Shown in pieces: positions 27,678-41,915 of a stretch of 64,000 nt of DNA. Made by a program: the position numbers and the translations under genes. Numbering within the stretch: the stretch's first letter is position 1; every line of letters begins with the position of its first letter. The DNA comes from Octopus vulgaris (taxonomy: Eukaryota). The notes under the pieces were generated by a model. It saw only the letters and a list, made by a program, of their open reading frames with translations, was not told where the DNA came from and did no database searches. The DNA lies in contig OX597829.1 of the NCBI GenBank assembly GCA_951406725.2, positions 6,076,001 through 6,140,000 on the forward strand, written 5' to 3'.

Positions 27678-28094
27678 GCGAATGTTTTAAAAAAAGATGG
27701 GTGAATGTAGCAAAAGATGGGTGAATGACGAAGCCACCTTGAACATAAGCCTATGAACCCGGAAATTTAAAAGAGAGGGTTGCCTACTTGCAAACAAATG
27801 TGGTAACATATAACAATATTGATCGAGGTTACCGTGGTCTTTTCGGTAGGCTTTTCTCCCACGGATAAACCTCATCTGCTTCCCCTTTACACTTTACATC
27901 ATGACACTGTGATACACGATCCCTATTGATCGTTTTTTTCTTTTGTTTTTTTTCTTCTTTCCCTTTTACGATTCCTTTTGATCGAAAACCTGCCCCACCT
28001 TTTATTTATTTTTTATTTCTTTAACTAAAAAGAAAAGCTCTACTTTGTAATCTGTCCCGTCTGTGTGCAGCCCTGTGTGGCTAATAAAGAAACA
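27674..28094 (+). mobile_element. Tx1/L1-type retrotransposon, 5'-truncated copy 4 (mostly 3'UTR)
   Basis: Matches the 3' ends of copies 1-3. (TATC)n at 27598-27676 and 28095-28389. Confidence 0.92.
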
Positions 28095-28115
28095 TATCTA
28101 TCTATCTATCTATCA

Positions 28116-28188
<73 letters not shown>

Positions 28189-28207
28189 CCTATCTATCTG
28201 TCTGTCA

Positions 28208-28243
<36 letters not shown>

Positions 28244-28286
28244 TGTCTGTCAGTCTGTCTGTTTCTGTCAATGCGCCTATCCATGC

Positions 28287-28374
<88 letters not shown>

Positions 28375-28389
28375 GTCTATCTATCTATC

Positions 28390-28925
28390 TCACCGTTTGT
28401 GCGTCACGCTTTCCCGCAACTCGTCTCTGGCCGAACAGCAGTCGTGGATCAGAGATCGAGGCTAGGCGAATGGCACCGCGATTGTCGCTTGCTCTCAAGT
28501 AACTCTGCTGTCCAGGACCAAACTTGTGCGACTTCAGTTCCACAAAGGCGTTCTCTAAAGCATTAGTGAAGGGAAGGTGCGACGACGTTTTCGGGCAGAA
28601 TCTGGACGTCGACGAGGATCCCCTGACCAGCCTGTTTAGGACAACTTTCGGGCCGGGACCTATGGACAATCACCAGAGATCACTGGCCTGGCAATGTTAT
28701 CGGGAAGCATTGCCTGTTCGGGATAAGCTCTACAGGCACGGTTCGAGGCACACCGGACCGACTTACCCGAGAAGCGGTGAGAGCGACGAAACCGTTCTGC
28801 ACGTACTCGTGCAGTGTCCAACCATTTCGGACATATGGGATTATGCAGAACGGCTGGTGTGACGTGTGGGACGAGTTCGCTTGTCGGTCGAGTCAATCGT
28901 GAAAGTTGCTCCGCCACCTCCCCTT
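28390..28925 (+). mobile_element. Tx1/L1-type retrotransposon, older internal fragment (copy 5, divergent subfamily)
   Basis: [13 protein letters not shown]...FRTTFGPGPMDNHQRSLAWQCYREALPVRDKLYRHG...DETVLHVLVQC. The 5' end abuts (TATC)n; the 3' end is lost. Confidence 0.88.
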
Positions 28926-29086
28926 AACTTATAAAGGTAAAAGTTCCAGGGTTTATTGAAATGTTTTTGTTATGACAACAAATGGAGTTAAACGCAGGAA
29001 ACACATGTCGAAAGTATAAAGAGTATAAAGATTTGTATATATATACAGCTGCATTTAACTCCATTTCTTAATCTCTGTCTGTCTGA

Positions 29087-29164
<78 letters not shown>

Positions 29165-29459
29165 AATAATATAAATATGTATAAGTATATGTATATGTAT
29201 GTATGCATATAGAGGTTTGCACTACTTACCATAAAGTTTATACTTTTGATATATATAAAAACTGCATTCATGAACGATAGGTCGCTACATTTCTAGTGTA
29301 ACAGTTGCTTTTGATTCTGAATGAGAAGACATAAAACGTAAAGGAATCAGCGATTCCAACTGACCACGCCATTTCTAATTTTTGCAGATCAGAGGACGGC
29401 CGGGACACGATTTCCTCTTCAATAGTTATCATGTTGGTGCATTCCCTGCGAGTGCATAT

Positions 29460-29758
<299 letters not shown>

Positions 29759-29817
29759 ATATATACATATATTTATATATATGTATGTGTGTATATGTGT
29801 GTCTGTCTGTCTGTCTG

Positions 29818-29850
<33 letters not shown>

Positions 29851-30506
29851 AAACATACATATATACATACACATAACTATATACATGCACATATATACAT
29901 ATTTATGCATGTATCTTTGTTTGTGTGTGTATATGCATGCATGATTTTGCGTGTGTGTGCGCGCGTACGTGTGTGTGTACGTGTACTGCATTGCATGGAA
30001 TACTTGGAATACGAATGAACGTATATAAGCACAATAAAATATTAACGGAGAAATTATGAAGGATGCCATATTTTTGAAAAAACACACCCACCTCCTTAAC
30101 ATTAAATCACATTTCTCTTCTTAGTTTTCCATTTTTACTCCCATCCAACTATACCTTTTTATTTCCAACTTCTTTTATAAAGAAGATTAATAATAAAAAA
30201 AAATTTCAATGATGCATGAAAAAAGTTATGAAAATAGCTGTTATCAAGTGAAATAAAAAGTGAAATTGTTTAAAGTCAGAACTGGCTGTCAACACTGGCA
30301 TTTTATTTTCCTTACTTTTGATTCCAATGCGTTGTAAATAATTAAAAGAAATTTGTACATTCATTTCATACATTCAACACATTACATACTATCGTAAGTT
30401 TTTTTGTTTGATTTATTGCTGCCATTATCAATTTGTCATTTAAGAAAAAATGACATCCAGGTACGTATGGCTTATGTTCTTTATTTCTGTGCGTATATGT
30501 GCTTCT

Positions 30507-30539
<33 letters not shown>

Positions 30540-30573
30540 GTGAATGTATACATATGTGCGTGTGTGTGTGCGC

Positions 30574-30624
<51 letters not shown>

Positions 30625-31164
30625 TATGCATAGACATATACAAATCTATATTCGTTCATATATTTGTATATATATACGTATTAAATACAAATGTAATTGT
30701 GTGTATATATATGTATATATATATGCACGTATATATACATATATATATATATATATGCATTTACATATATATGTGTGTGTGTATATATGAAACACACACA
30801 CATATGTATATATATACAAATGCACAAATTAGTGATACCTATGAATATGAATAAAATGAATAAATGTGTGTATATAATTATGCATGCGTGTATGTATGTA
30901 TAGAGAAAATTTTGAGACAAACTAATGAGATAATGAGAATGGTACCATCAAAGGCCGAAAAGTAAAATATTTTAGATGAATCATTGTAAATCGTTTGATG
31001 AGAAGATTTGAACGGTAAATGAACGAGAAAAATTTTAGGAAAATAGGAATTATATGGATAATCTAAAAGCTGGACCCACTTAAAGCAGAAAAGCTCGAGA
31101 TATCGTTCTGCTGAGAGCAATGCAGGTAGTGTGTTATGCTTATTCATATACAATATGAATACAG

Positions 31165-31332
31165 GGGGTGGTGATCCCTGCAGTACTCTTTCACCACTCT
31201 TTCTCCCACTCTTCTGTTGGCATGCTCGCTTAGCCAGCGGGATGGCGTCATTCGAAGGCTAAAACAATGCGAACGCATTGTGACCAGCGATGTGTAACAA
31301 CATCTGATGGTCGGTCACGTGATCACGTGATA
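31165..31332 (+). mobile_element. 3' part of a further SINE-like repeat
   Basis: GC-richer block ending GGTCGGTCACGTGATCACGTGA-TATA. The assignment rests on general resemblance only. Confidence 0.45.
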
Positions 31333-32659
31333 TATTTACATACATACATACACATATATATGTACATACAATATAACTATCTCCAGTGTTGATTATAGAC
31401 TTAATACACAATATTAAAACTAATTGGAACAGGTGAACACAACATTAGTAATAATATGGCAGATATAAATCCTCTAGCCATACCAGTTATAAGCTACATC
31501 TTCGACATGAAAGCAGGAAACTAAACTGAACAGATTAGATAAAAAAAATAATCTCCAGGGAACTGCAAATAATGTGCAAAGATACCACTTTAAAGAATAT
31601 ACTCGTCAGAGAGGAAGGATATGAAATGTTACGGAAGAATAAATCAAATCAATAGGAAATTACGCAGAAACCAGCTCATGTGAATTAAAATGGGAACCAC
31701 CTAGCAACATCAGACTTGCGGCTCACCGGTTAGTAAATTTACTCAAGAGTAATACTTGCACTTCGAACCTTCTTGTTTACAATTTGTTAAAATCCTCGCC
31801 GAGGGCTTAGCGGAAGAGGAACATGTTTGTCTTCATTCCTGATAACATTATACAACATACAACTTTCTATGCCATGAAACTTTTTTTAATTTAGAGCAGG
31901 GAAAAGTTCACGATGGATTCAGCTAACACCCCTACCCGTTCTACATGCGATAGCATGTGTTCAACCTAAATCTACAAGTTAGTAATATCAGTCATTGGAT
32001 AAGTGTACAAAGAAAACTTCCAACACTTCGGACGTTTAGTACAGGGCTAGCTGACGACACTATATTGTTTGTAGAATTTATTTCGAGTCGGCAGCACACC
32101 TCTAATGTACTGCCCGGCCAAGGACTTTTAATCCCCCTAAATGACCACACAATCTTTCTCCTGCTAACGACGCTAATTATCTCAGCACGTTATGGAATAT
32201 TAGAGGCGACGTTCCATTGATTACGTCGTCCCTTTGTTGATCTACACTCCGACCCATGGCTGCATTTCATCCATTTTTTTTCTTATTACTATTACCTCTA
32301 ATTCCAATGTAAGAGTCACAATTGAGATGGTGTCATTCGATTGCATTGCTCTAACGTCTAAAAATGAGAGTAAAATTTACAGCACTTACGAAAACGACCA
32401 TTTCGAAAGCTTAGATTAACTTAATTTGATCAGCACCTTCACAGAAGGAGATATTTTTAATGACAGTTTCGGATGTGCCGTATAGGGTGCATATGTCAGG
32501 TTTGTACATCTCCGATTACTTAACCGAGAACAAGCTTCATGTATCTGTAAACGTCTTTACCAAACTCTTCAGTTCTGTGGTTATATGCGCAACATTTATT
32601 GTACATCCTTGTTCGCGTTCCTTCTAACCTTCGAATAGGAATGCTTTCATTTTCATGCT

Positions 32660-33310
32660 AGTTGTAGAGGACAGTTGTCGCAGAAGAGACAAACAAGTTC
32701 ACTGTGAAAAAATTAGAGTGCTCAGAGCGAGCACCGCCGGCTTAAGCTCTTTAACTTCCGCCGAGAATAGTAACAGATCATCATGGTAGACATTTAAGTC
32801 CAGCGTCTCCAAACCACCACACCTCATGAACAGTTCGGCAAAATCCTGCGGAAACCCCGTGTTCATCTACTTGGAATTGGAAAGGACGCGCCTACAACAG
32901 TTCATCAAAGACTAAAATGCGGCATAGTAACCATGTTGTGGCAATGGCACCAGAGTCCATTGAGCGGCTTTTCTCCATCGTTTAAAAGTATAAGCATTAG
33001 CTTGGATAGTGCAACTTAGTATTTTGCATAGATGCTCGCAATTAGGTTCCGAGGCTTAGGCTGTACTTATCACCTGACTAGGCTTACCGTGCAGATCACA
33101 AACTTGTAACCTGTATCAATAACCACTTTGATTTGAAGCGATAGCACACAATAAATATCTGCGATGGTCTGTGTTCTTTGCGATCAGTAAGACACCTGTG
33201 ATTTGACGAAGTCCACAAGAACATATTTGAGAAATCCATTCGATCCCTGTCGATATGTAGTAAATGCCCGAGTAAAGTAAAGACATTCACGTCCACGCTT
33301 TTCTATCAGT
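32660..33310 (-). pseudogene. Highly decayed DNA-transposon ORF with XPG/PIN-like and Cys-rich C-terminal remnants (Academ-like)
   Basis: Minus-strand fragments in the expected order: DVNVFTLLGH, then QANAYTFKRWRKA...PLPQHGY, then RRCSL...SELVCLFCDNC. Many stops. Confidence 0.3.
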
Positions 33311-33794
33311 TATTCCCACACAACCAAAACCATTTCAATATTACTTTAATACCCCTAATATTACTGATCAGCGAGAAACCTTCTTGACGCCTGAAGAAAC
33401 CAACACCAATCATGGTCTTTACGAAAATAGACAAGAGTACTTCCGATCTACCATCATGATAAGAAGAAAATTTTTATCTGGAAATGAACACCTTTCCAGA
33501 AAACATACGGTTCAAACGCATGCAGCATAAATTTCGTAGTCATTCAGAAGTAGTAAGAGTACATATGGTCAGGTGACTCTGGTTTCATTAATGGTACTGT
33601 CTCTAGGTTTAGTAATTGTGATCATTCAAAATACTCACATGACATATTCATTCAGATCCCACCTCGTCTTTTAGGTTATACATAAAGACTCAGCTAGAAA
33701 TTTTGGTCTTGCTGTTTATTGTCCCTCGATGTCCAATAATAATTTCACATAAAATTCATGGTGCATATACATAGAGGTTAAAATATATACCTTA

Positions 33795-34185
33795 CTAGCA
33801 GTATCGCCCGGCGTTGCTCGGGTTTGTAAGGGAAATAACTATATAAGCCTTTTTAGAGTTATAGCCAAAAAATAGCAAAAAATGCATTAAAAATGGAAAA
33901 AAAATTATGGTAAATTTTTAAAAAAATCGTTGACTCATCGTAGACATTTTAGAGAGTTACTTCCCTTATATAATAGCGAAAAAAACGCATTAAAATGGGA
34001 AAAAAATGATGGTAAATTTTTTTAAAATCGTAGACTCATCGTAGACGCGCGCTAATACCCAGAAGGGCTCGATATGAATCACGACTATAAGATACCCGGT
34101 TTTGGTTAAACTGCACCGCAAAATGTGGGAGTAGTTAGGAATCTAAATCGTAGGAGACAGACACACAACTTCACTTTTATATATA
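33795..34185 (-). mobile_element. Non-autonomous Helitron
   Basis: Minus strand starts TATATATAAAAGTGAAGTTGTGTGTCTGTC and ends with hairpin CCCGAGCAACGCCGGG followed by CTAG|T. Internal ~100-bp tandem duplication. Confidence 0.8.
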
Positions 34186-34500
34186 CCTTATATATACAAG
34201 TGAGTTCATTTATGATATTTCCATACTTTAGAAAAGGTTATTTCATTATTCTGTTCTGTCTAAAATCTGTGAGGTACTTTTTCACAACCTTTCTCAGCTC
34301 CTTTCGCAGCTGTGTTGATTGTTTCTTTTACTGAACAATGTTCTTTTGTCCCCGGAAAAGCAATCACTTCAGGTCACTCACTGTAAAAATGACAAGTCTT
34401 TGCCTGTTTATACTCGGATTGAAGCAATGCTCAGTTCAAGAGCTGATGGAGCCACTAAAAGAGCCTCATTTTTTTGGAGGTTTCTGTTGTTGGCGGTTTC

Positions 34501-34502
<2 letters not shown>

Positions 34503-34531
<29 letters not shown>

Positions 34532-34587
34532 CTTCTTCTTCTTCTTCTTCTTCTTCTTCTTCTTCTTCTTCTTCTTCTTCTTCTTCT

Positions 34588-34622
<35 letters not shown>

Positions 34623-34623
34623 T

Positions 34624-34685
<62 letters not shown>

Positions 34686-34710
34686 CTCTTCTTCCTCTTC
34701 TTCTTCCTCT

Positions 34711-34742
<32 letters not shown>

Positions 34743-34750
34743 TTCTTCTT

Positions 34751-34780
<30 letters not shown>
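34503..34780. repeat. (CTT)n triplet array with periodic CCT interruptions
   Basis: Directly visible pure polypyrimidine tract. Confidence 0.97.
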
Positions 34781-34781
<1 letters not shown>

Positions 34782-36114
34782 AAATCTCTCCCCGAACCCA
34801 TCACCAGAGCAACATCGCCGACGCCGCAACCAACAGCACTGCAACCCCCAACACTATTCCAACCCCAGTACTACGTTTCCCTTTATATATGTCTATTTCC
34901 GAATCATTGTTATATGAATGAAGATTATGGTAGTGCTGGTGGAGTTGGTGGTGGTGGTAGTGGTGGTCTTGATGATGATGATGATGAAAAGAGAAAAATT
35001 GCTTGTTTTTATTGGAGTGGTGTTACTGCTTGTAGTGCGAGTGAAAATGTCGGTGATAACGTGTGTGGGTGAGACTTGTGTGTTTGTGTCTGTGTGTGTG
35101 TGTATGTGTGTGCATGTGTGTGTGTGAGAGAAGGCGAGAGAGAGGGATTGATAGACAGTTTGTATAACGTCAATGTTCTTGATGAGTATTTCCAATGTAG
35201 AGTTGAAGAATGTGGGTTCAGTTCTCGTTGAATACAAATAACTAACAATTGAGTTCATTACCACACCCCCGCCCCGGTTCTTCTCCGCGACATCCTCCAC
35301 TTCTCTTTTCTTTCTTACAATGTATATTCAACCTCGTGCCCATCTGTGATAAAACTGAAGTGTTTTTAGAACGTCCCGCTGGGCCAATGGTTCAGACCTT
35401 TATTTTGTCTTTATCTCTTCACATTTCTTCTTTCTGGGATTAACACTCTAAGACTGTATCGATTAGTTATGTCTCACAAGTGGAATTCAATAACAATTAT
35501 AAAGCCCTGGTTATACAGTGAGGAGAAAAATGAAACAAAAAAAAAATGAAAAAATGGACTAGATACAGAATAAAATATAAGACACATAAAAATATTTAAT
35601 GTGCATGCTTATGTATACGTGTCTTATGTGTGTATACGTGTCTTATGTGTGTATACATATGTGCGTTTATGCATGCATGAGAGTGTGGTGGAAGGCAGGC
35701 AAAAAGAAAAAAAATGCTTTAAAATCCGTTTGGCAGTAGAGTTATTGAGGTGTTTATTAAAAATGTAAAATAAATATGTGTAACAGTGAATGAAGTTTAA
35801 GAAATGGATGCATACTTAGAGTTACCCAACACAATGTCAGATTACTGAAATAAATTAAAAACAACAACAACAGTGTAACAAACAAAAAAGAGAAAAGAAA
35901 AGAATAAATGCTTGTCAGTTTCCTGAAGTTGTGCGAATTCTTTTCAAAGAGAAACGGTGATTCTATGAATTCATTCTCATTTAGTTCAAAGATCTTAAAT
36001 GGTTAAGACGATTTGGTTGTGTTTAACACAAAGCAGATGTTTACATTTCGAAATTGCTCTTTCCATTGGTTTTCTCTCCCTCCCTCGCACGTTTTCCTCT
36101 TTCACACACTCTCT

Positions 36115-36152
<38 letters not shown>

Positions 36153-36154
36153 TC

Positions 36155-36202
<48 letters not shown>

Positions 36203-36215
36203 TACACACATGTTT

Positions 36216-36288
<73 letters not shown>

Positions 36289-36440
36289 TGTCTGTCCGTG
36301 TCTGCGTGTGTGTATGTGTATTTATACACTGTTTTATATTATTACTTCCGTACATTTTATCTATTTATTTCATATACGTGCATGCATACATACACGCACA
36401 AACACACACACAGATAGATAAATAGAATATATACATATGC

Positions 36441-36483
<43 letters not shown>

Positions 36484-36527
36484 TATATATGTATATATAT
36501 ATGTGTGTATGTATGTATGTATGTGTG

Positions 36528-36582
<55 letters not shown>

Positions 36583-36811
36583 TATATATATACATACATA
36601 TACTTATAAACATAATTTTCGCAAAACAAAGGAGCACCCCAATTGTCTATTTTAAATTTCACTGGTTTTGAATTCGCTGCTGAAAGATTAGAAAGACGTT
36701 TGCACCGCAGAATTATTATCAAAGAATATGAAATATGAACAAATATGAGCTTAAAATATTCTTGTGATTTCATAATCTATCTGTTCACCTATCTTGCCAT
36801 TTTTTCTCTCA

Positions 36812-36972
<161 letters not shown>

Positions 36973-37265
36973 GACGGACGTGTTGTCACCTCGGCTCCGA
37001 AGGTAATCGTTTATTTTGACTATTTATAGCCCATATTTTGTGTACATTTTTGTAAATAAGGTGTGTAAGGCACCCAACTTTCGTTTGAGTGCTTTTCCAA
37101 GGGAGGAATTCGCCCCTCGGGCAGTTTCAACCCTATTTAATTTGTGTAATTTTCTTCTCGACATTAAAAAATGTTGTAAAATGTTATGGACCAGCATTTT
37201 CCTAGTCTGGAAACTCTAGGAGAAAAAAAAAGAATTTATGCACGCAAAGTGCAAACCTGAATGAC

Positions 37266-38962
37266 ATGGTAGTGAACGCTGCAACCACTTGTGGTAACAG
37301 CCCTGTCACCACCACCACCACCACCACCACCTCCACCACCACCACCAGTACCACCACGACCAACATAAATGTTAAAAATGAAACTCACGCGAATACTATA
37401 AACAAAAACAACAACAACAAGAACAACATTAAAACTGAAATAAATATCTTACTATCTAATAGTGAAGATGTTAATATAAAAGAATCAACAACACCAGTAA
37501 ATTTCGCTGACACTCTGCGTCAGAAAAAAGAAATAGTAAAATTTACGAATGAAGAGTTAATAGAAACGAGAGCACTCTTTACAACCCAGGGGCAGGATTT
37601 AGTGCTGCATACACCTCAACACATAAAGGAACAAATAGAAAATAGAAAAAACAAAAAACAAAATGAACAGATAACAAAAACGGACATAGAAAAGTGTTTA
37701 AAAAGCATAATGAAAAAAAAAGAATATATAAACTGGGGTCCCCAGTTTAATACAGTGGTGGTCCGCTTCCCTAACCAGGAAGTAGCAAAAGCTCACTCTA
37801 CGGAGTCTTTGCAAAATGATGAAATCATCATGGTAACATATTACAAAGGCCAGAGAGTGAGTAGAATTAGCATTAAAAATGTACCCCCCGAGATACCTAA
37901 CAAATGGATAACAGGGGCAATCTGTTACCATTTGAAAAAGATAAATATATTAGAAACCGCCGTGTACAAAAACGATAATTGGGATGGTAAAACAATAGTA
38001 GTGACCATCCAGATTGAGGGGTCCTCTATCGAGAACCTACCTGATAGGATCCATTTAGAAAATGGGCAAAGCCTATATGTTGTAGCAGAAGACAAAAAGC
38101 CTAGATGCTACAACTGTGGCAGTCCAGAACTTTTAATTGCCAAGTGCGCTCTGGCACAGAAAAAAAAAGAAAGAACAAATCAGAAAACAAATAAAAAACC
38201 CTTGTTGCCAACACCAACACCAACACCAACACACTCAATTATGGAACAATGCCAAGAAAAACAACAAACCCAACAACATCACCAAGAAAAGAAACAGTAC
38301 CAACACAATCACCGTTGACGTCGCAACCAATTCATCATACTGAACCAAAAGGTAGACCAATACCAACACCGAGGACAATAATTAAAAAGACAGAAAACAG
38401 TGACGAGAAGACAAATTCTACCCCTAACACCACAACAACACAAACACCGCACAAAACATCAACAATTTCTACAAGCATACATATTAACGCAAATGTTTTG
38501 CCTTTACCCCCTTCTGATTCGTCGGACGACGAAAGTTCGACGGAATGGCAAATAGCCACAGGGGGTAAAAGGAAAAGATCAAAAAAGCCCACTAAACAAG
38601 GAAGTAAAGCAGGGAGATATTTAACTCCGGACAGCATCCCACTAGACAATAAAAAAATCAATGAACCCGCAAAACCACATACACAACTAACTGCAATAGA
38701 CACAGACAATAAAAAATTAATGGATTACATTGCATCCAACACGGACATCTGTGAAGATGACTTTAAGACAAACAATCATCCGCGCAATACACCACCGAAA
38801 CACATAAAAATTGTACACATAACACAAACACAACACCATACACTGAAAACAATATTTCCAAATGCGGTAGGCGGGTTTCAACGATACCTCTCCCAAAAAC
38901 TATACAAACACCTCCTCAAAGACACTACAAAAGAAGAAGAAAATATGAAACTTTCGAAATGA
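37266..38962 (+). pseudogene. ORF1 (gag-like nucleic-acid-binding protein) of the Tx1 element, one frameshift
   Basis: ORFs 37266-38318 and 38249-38962 overlap. Contains an RRM-like RISIKNVPPEIP segment, a degenerate zinc knuckle CYNCGSPELLIAKC, and a Thr/Pro-rich linker with EWQIATGGKRKR. Confidence 0.8.
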
Positions 38963-39036
38963 GTAAGTGACCTTCCCTCTTGCCTCTTGTCTCTTCCAAT
39001 GTTGTGTGTGAAACACAATTTTCGTAAACGTCAATT

Positions 39037-41650
39037 ATGCTTAAATTAGGTTGTGTGAATGCGCGTGGCTTGGCGTCAGCTTGGTAGCAAGGTTACCTTC
39101 TAAACGACATCAAGTCACTGAACGTGGATATAGTAGCTATCAGTGAAACCAGACTCAGCAAGCCGCGGGCCCTTGCGTCCATGTTTGGCGATCAATCCGA
39201 CATTTATTTTTCTCCCTGTCTGCCGAACATGGGTGGTGGAGGTACCGCGGTGCTTTTTCGAAAGAGTCTAAATGTAAAAGTAAGACCAATATTCCTAGAC
39301 CCGGAGGGTAGGCTGGTTGTCTTGGACGTGGATGGCATAAATGGGTGTGCATTCCGTCTAATGGCAGTTTATGCACCGTCCTTAACGGGTCGGGCGGATT
39401 TCTTCAGAAGTCTAGAGGTTTTCCTGGGTACGTCTAGACCTTTACTGTTAGTAGGGGATTGGAACGCTACCTTGGACACGCATCTAGATTATGTAGGAAT
39501 GGATAGGAATAGAAGGGGGTGTAAGTGCTTCAAAGACCTACTCAGACGTTTCCATTTGTCTGACAGGTTCCGACTCGACCATCCGAACGTGCCAACGTGT
39601 ACTTGGACAAACCGCGTCGGATCGTCGAGATCTCATCTAGATAGAATTCTATGCAGGACAGCGGATAGGGATAGTGTAGGATGTCCACAATTTAAAATAG
39701 TCAGCTACACAAATCACAAATTTGCGACGTGTACGCTCGACTTAGATAAGATACATAGACAGGGTCCCGGTTACTGGAAACTGAACACGTCGCTCTTAGG
39801 GCGACAGGTTTACAGGAACCGGATTAGCGAGTTAATTAAGAGGGCGCTGACGGGAGCCGTCGTTAACAACCGCTGGTGGTTCGCCCTGAAAATGGCAATA
39901 AAATCGGAATCAATTAGGTTTTTGCAAGGAATTAGCGGTAGATCGAAATAGTGTAGAGGGAGACCTGGTTAAGAAACTAGAAGAGGCACTTACCACTGGC
40001 AGCGCAACCAACGTGCTGGCTGCGAGGATGGCCCTCGAACAACACCTCAACGCCAAACACGAAGGTTGCGTCGTCAGAGCTAAAATGCGTGCCTTAAGGA
40101 ACGAAGGGATCGAAGCTGCGCGAGAGGCCCGGGTAGCGGAGGCGCAGCGTTGGAACAGAGCCACCATTCGGTCTCTAATAGATCAACAGGGATGCAGTTT
40201 ACTCGAACCCGAAAGGATGTGCGAGGCCTTTCAACAGCACTTTGCTCGACTGTTTGGTGCAAGTGGTGGGTCGGAACGCGGGATGGATTTCAGTGCCTAC
40301 CTGACCAACCTGCCGCGGCTCTCGGCAAGAGAAGCGGAGTGTTGTGAAAGTCCCATCACAGCCGCCGACGTGCGGGATGTGATGGCGGGCTGCGCGAGGG
40401 ATAAGTCGCCTGGATTGGATGGTTTACCCTACGAGCAATATTGTCAAATGCCAGACTTGTTTGGCGACCTCTTGTCATCAGTCTACTGCAACTGGCAACA
40501 AAACAGGAGAATCCCCGGTTTCGTGAGCCGAGGTGCAGTGACGTTGCTGAACAAAGACCCAAACAAGGGGAATTTTATAGATAATTTCAGGCCCATCACT
40601 CTGCTCAACGCAGATTTGAAAATTTTGGCCAAAGTAATAGCCGAGAGGTTGGCGCTTGTCATTGGTAAACTGGTCGACAGGGCGCAAACATGCGCCGTCC
40701 GGGGCAGAACCATACATGACAACCTCCATCTGATGCCCTACATTGTGGACAGGGTAGTTAAGGATCCTGGCATGGGTGGGGGCGCTGATCAATTTGGATC
40801 AGTCTAAAGCCTTCGATAGGGTCGACCATCGGTACTTGGCGGCCGTCCTCAGGGCGGCTGGCTTCGGTCCCGTCTTCCGCGGTTGGATCGCTACCTTGTA
40901 TAGCGGCATCCGATCGGTGATTCGGGTGAACGGTCACCTGTCGAAACCGTTTGACATCACGCGTTCGGTCCGTCAGGGGTGTCTCCTGTCGGCGCTTCTG
41001 TATGTATTGACTCTCGAGCCGCTACTACGGAAGCTGGCGACACTGAGGGGCATCTCACGGGAACTGGGTTGCGGGACGAGCGTGTCGGCATATGCGGACG
41101 ATGTCACCGTCATAGTGTCGAGCGACAAACACATCCAGATGATAAGCGAGACACTAAGAAAATACGAAACGGTGACGGGGGCGAAGATTAACCCGGAAAG
41201 GTCAGTGGGTTTGCTACTCGGCACCTGGAGAAGCAAGCCCATGCCGTCCGACTGCGGCTCAGTAGTGGGGCGCTGGACGGACAGACCGGTTAAATTGCTC
41301 GGGGTCTGGTTCAGTCCGGACCTCCAAATGGATAAGACCTGGGACGAGATCACGAGTAGAGTGGTCGCTCTCAGCCAAACATGGGCCGAGAGAAAGCTGT
41401 CTCTAAAAGGTCGGGCGGAGGTGGCGAACGCGTACATCGCATCCGTCATCTACTACCGCCTGACCGTCGTGCCTTGTCCCGACGCTACCATCACCAAACT
41501 GGAACGCATACTCTTCCGCTTTCTGTGGAAGGGTGGCGTTCCGATGGTGTGGAAGTCCATTTGCTGTCAACATCCGTTGAATGGAGTACTGGGCATGCCG
41601 TGGTTGATGATGCGCAGGCATGCGCTGAGACTGCGGCATTTCTGGAACTT
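39037..41650 (+). pseudogene. ORF2: apurinic-like endonuclease + reverse transcriptase (stop at ~39085, frameshifts at ~39920 and ~40780)
   Basis: APE motifs NARGL, AISET, VYAP, GDWN, HLDRI, TNH. RT motifs KSPGLDGL, FRPITLLNADLKILAK, LDQSKAFDRV, VRQGCLLS, YADD. Confidence 0.93.
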
Positions 41651-41651
41651 C

Positions 41652-41772
<121 letters not shown>

Positions 41773-41778
41773 GCTATC

Positions 41779-41809
<31 letters not shown>

Positions 41810-41915
41810 GTCCACATATTTGTCTGTCTGAATCTTATTCTGTCTGTTTGACTATCAGTCTGTTTGATTGCCTGTTTGTTTGTCTATCTAACTGACTAAT
41901 TACTAACTATCTACG

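Larger units (their letters stand above)
36973..41650 (+). mobile_element. Tx1/L1-type retrotransposon, 5'-complete and 3'-truncated copy 6
   Basis: 5'UTR, ORF1, short spacer and ORF2 (APE + RT). Homologous to copy 3 from ~41098 onward. (TATC)n on both sides. Confidence 0.93.

Noticed and set aside
29325-29350. CTGAATGA...AAAACGTA hammerhead-like string
   Set aside because: The core is altered at several positions and there is no stem II.
35260-35390. GC box (CCCCGCCCC) and CCAAT suggesting a promoter
   Set aside because: No associated gene or start site is visible, and short motifs alone are insufficient.
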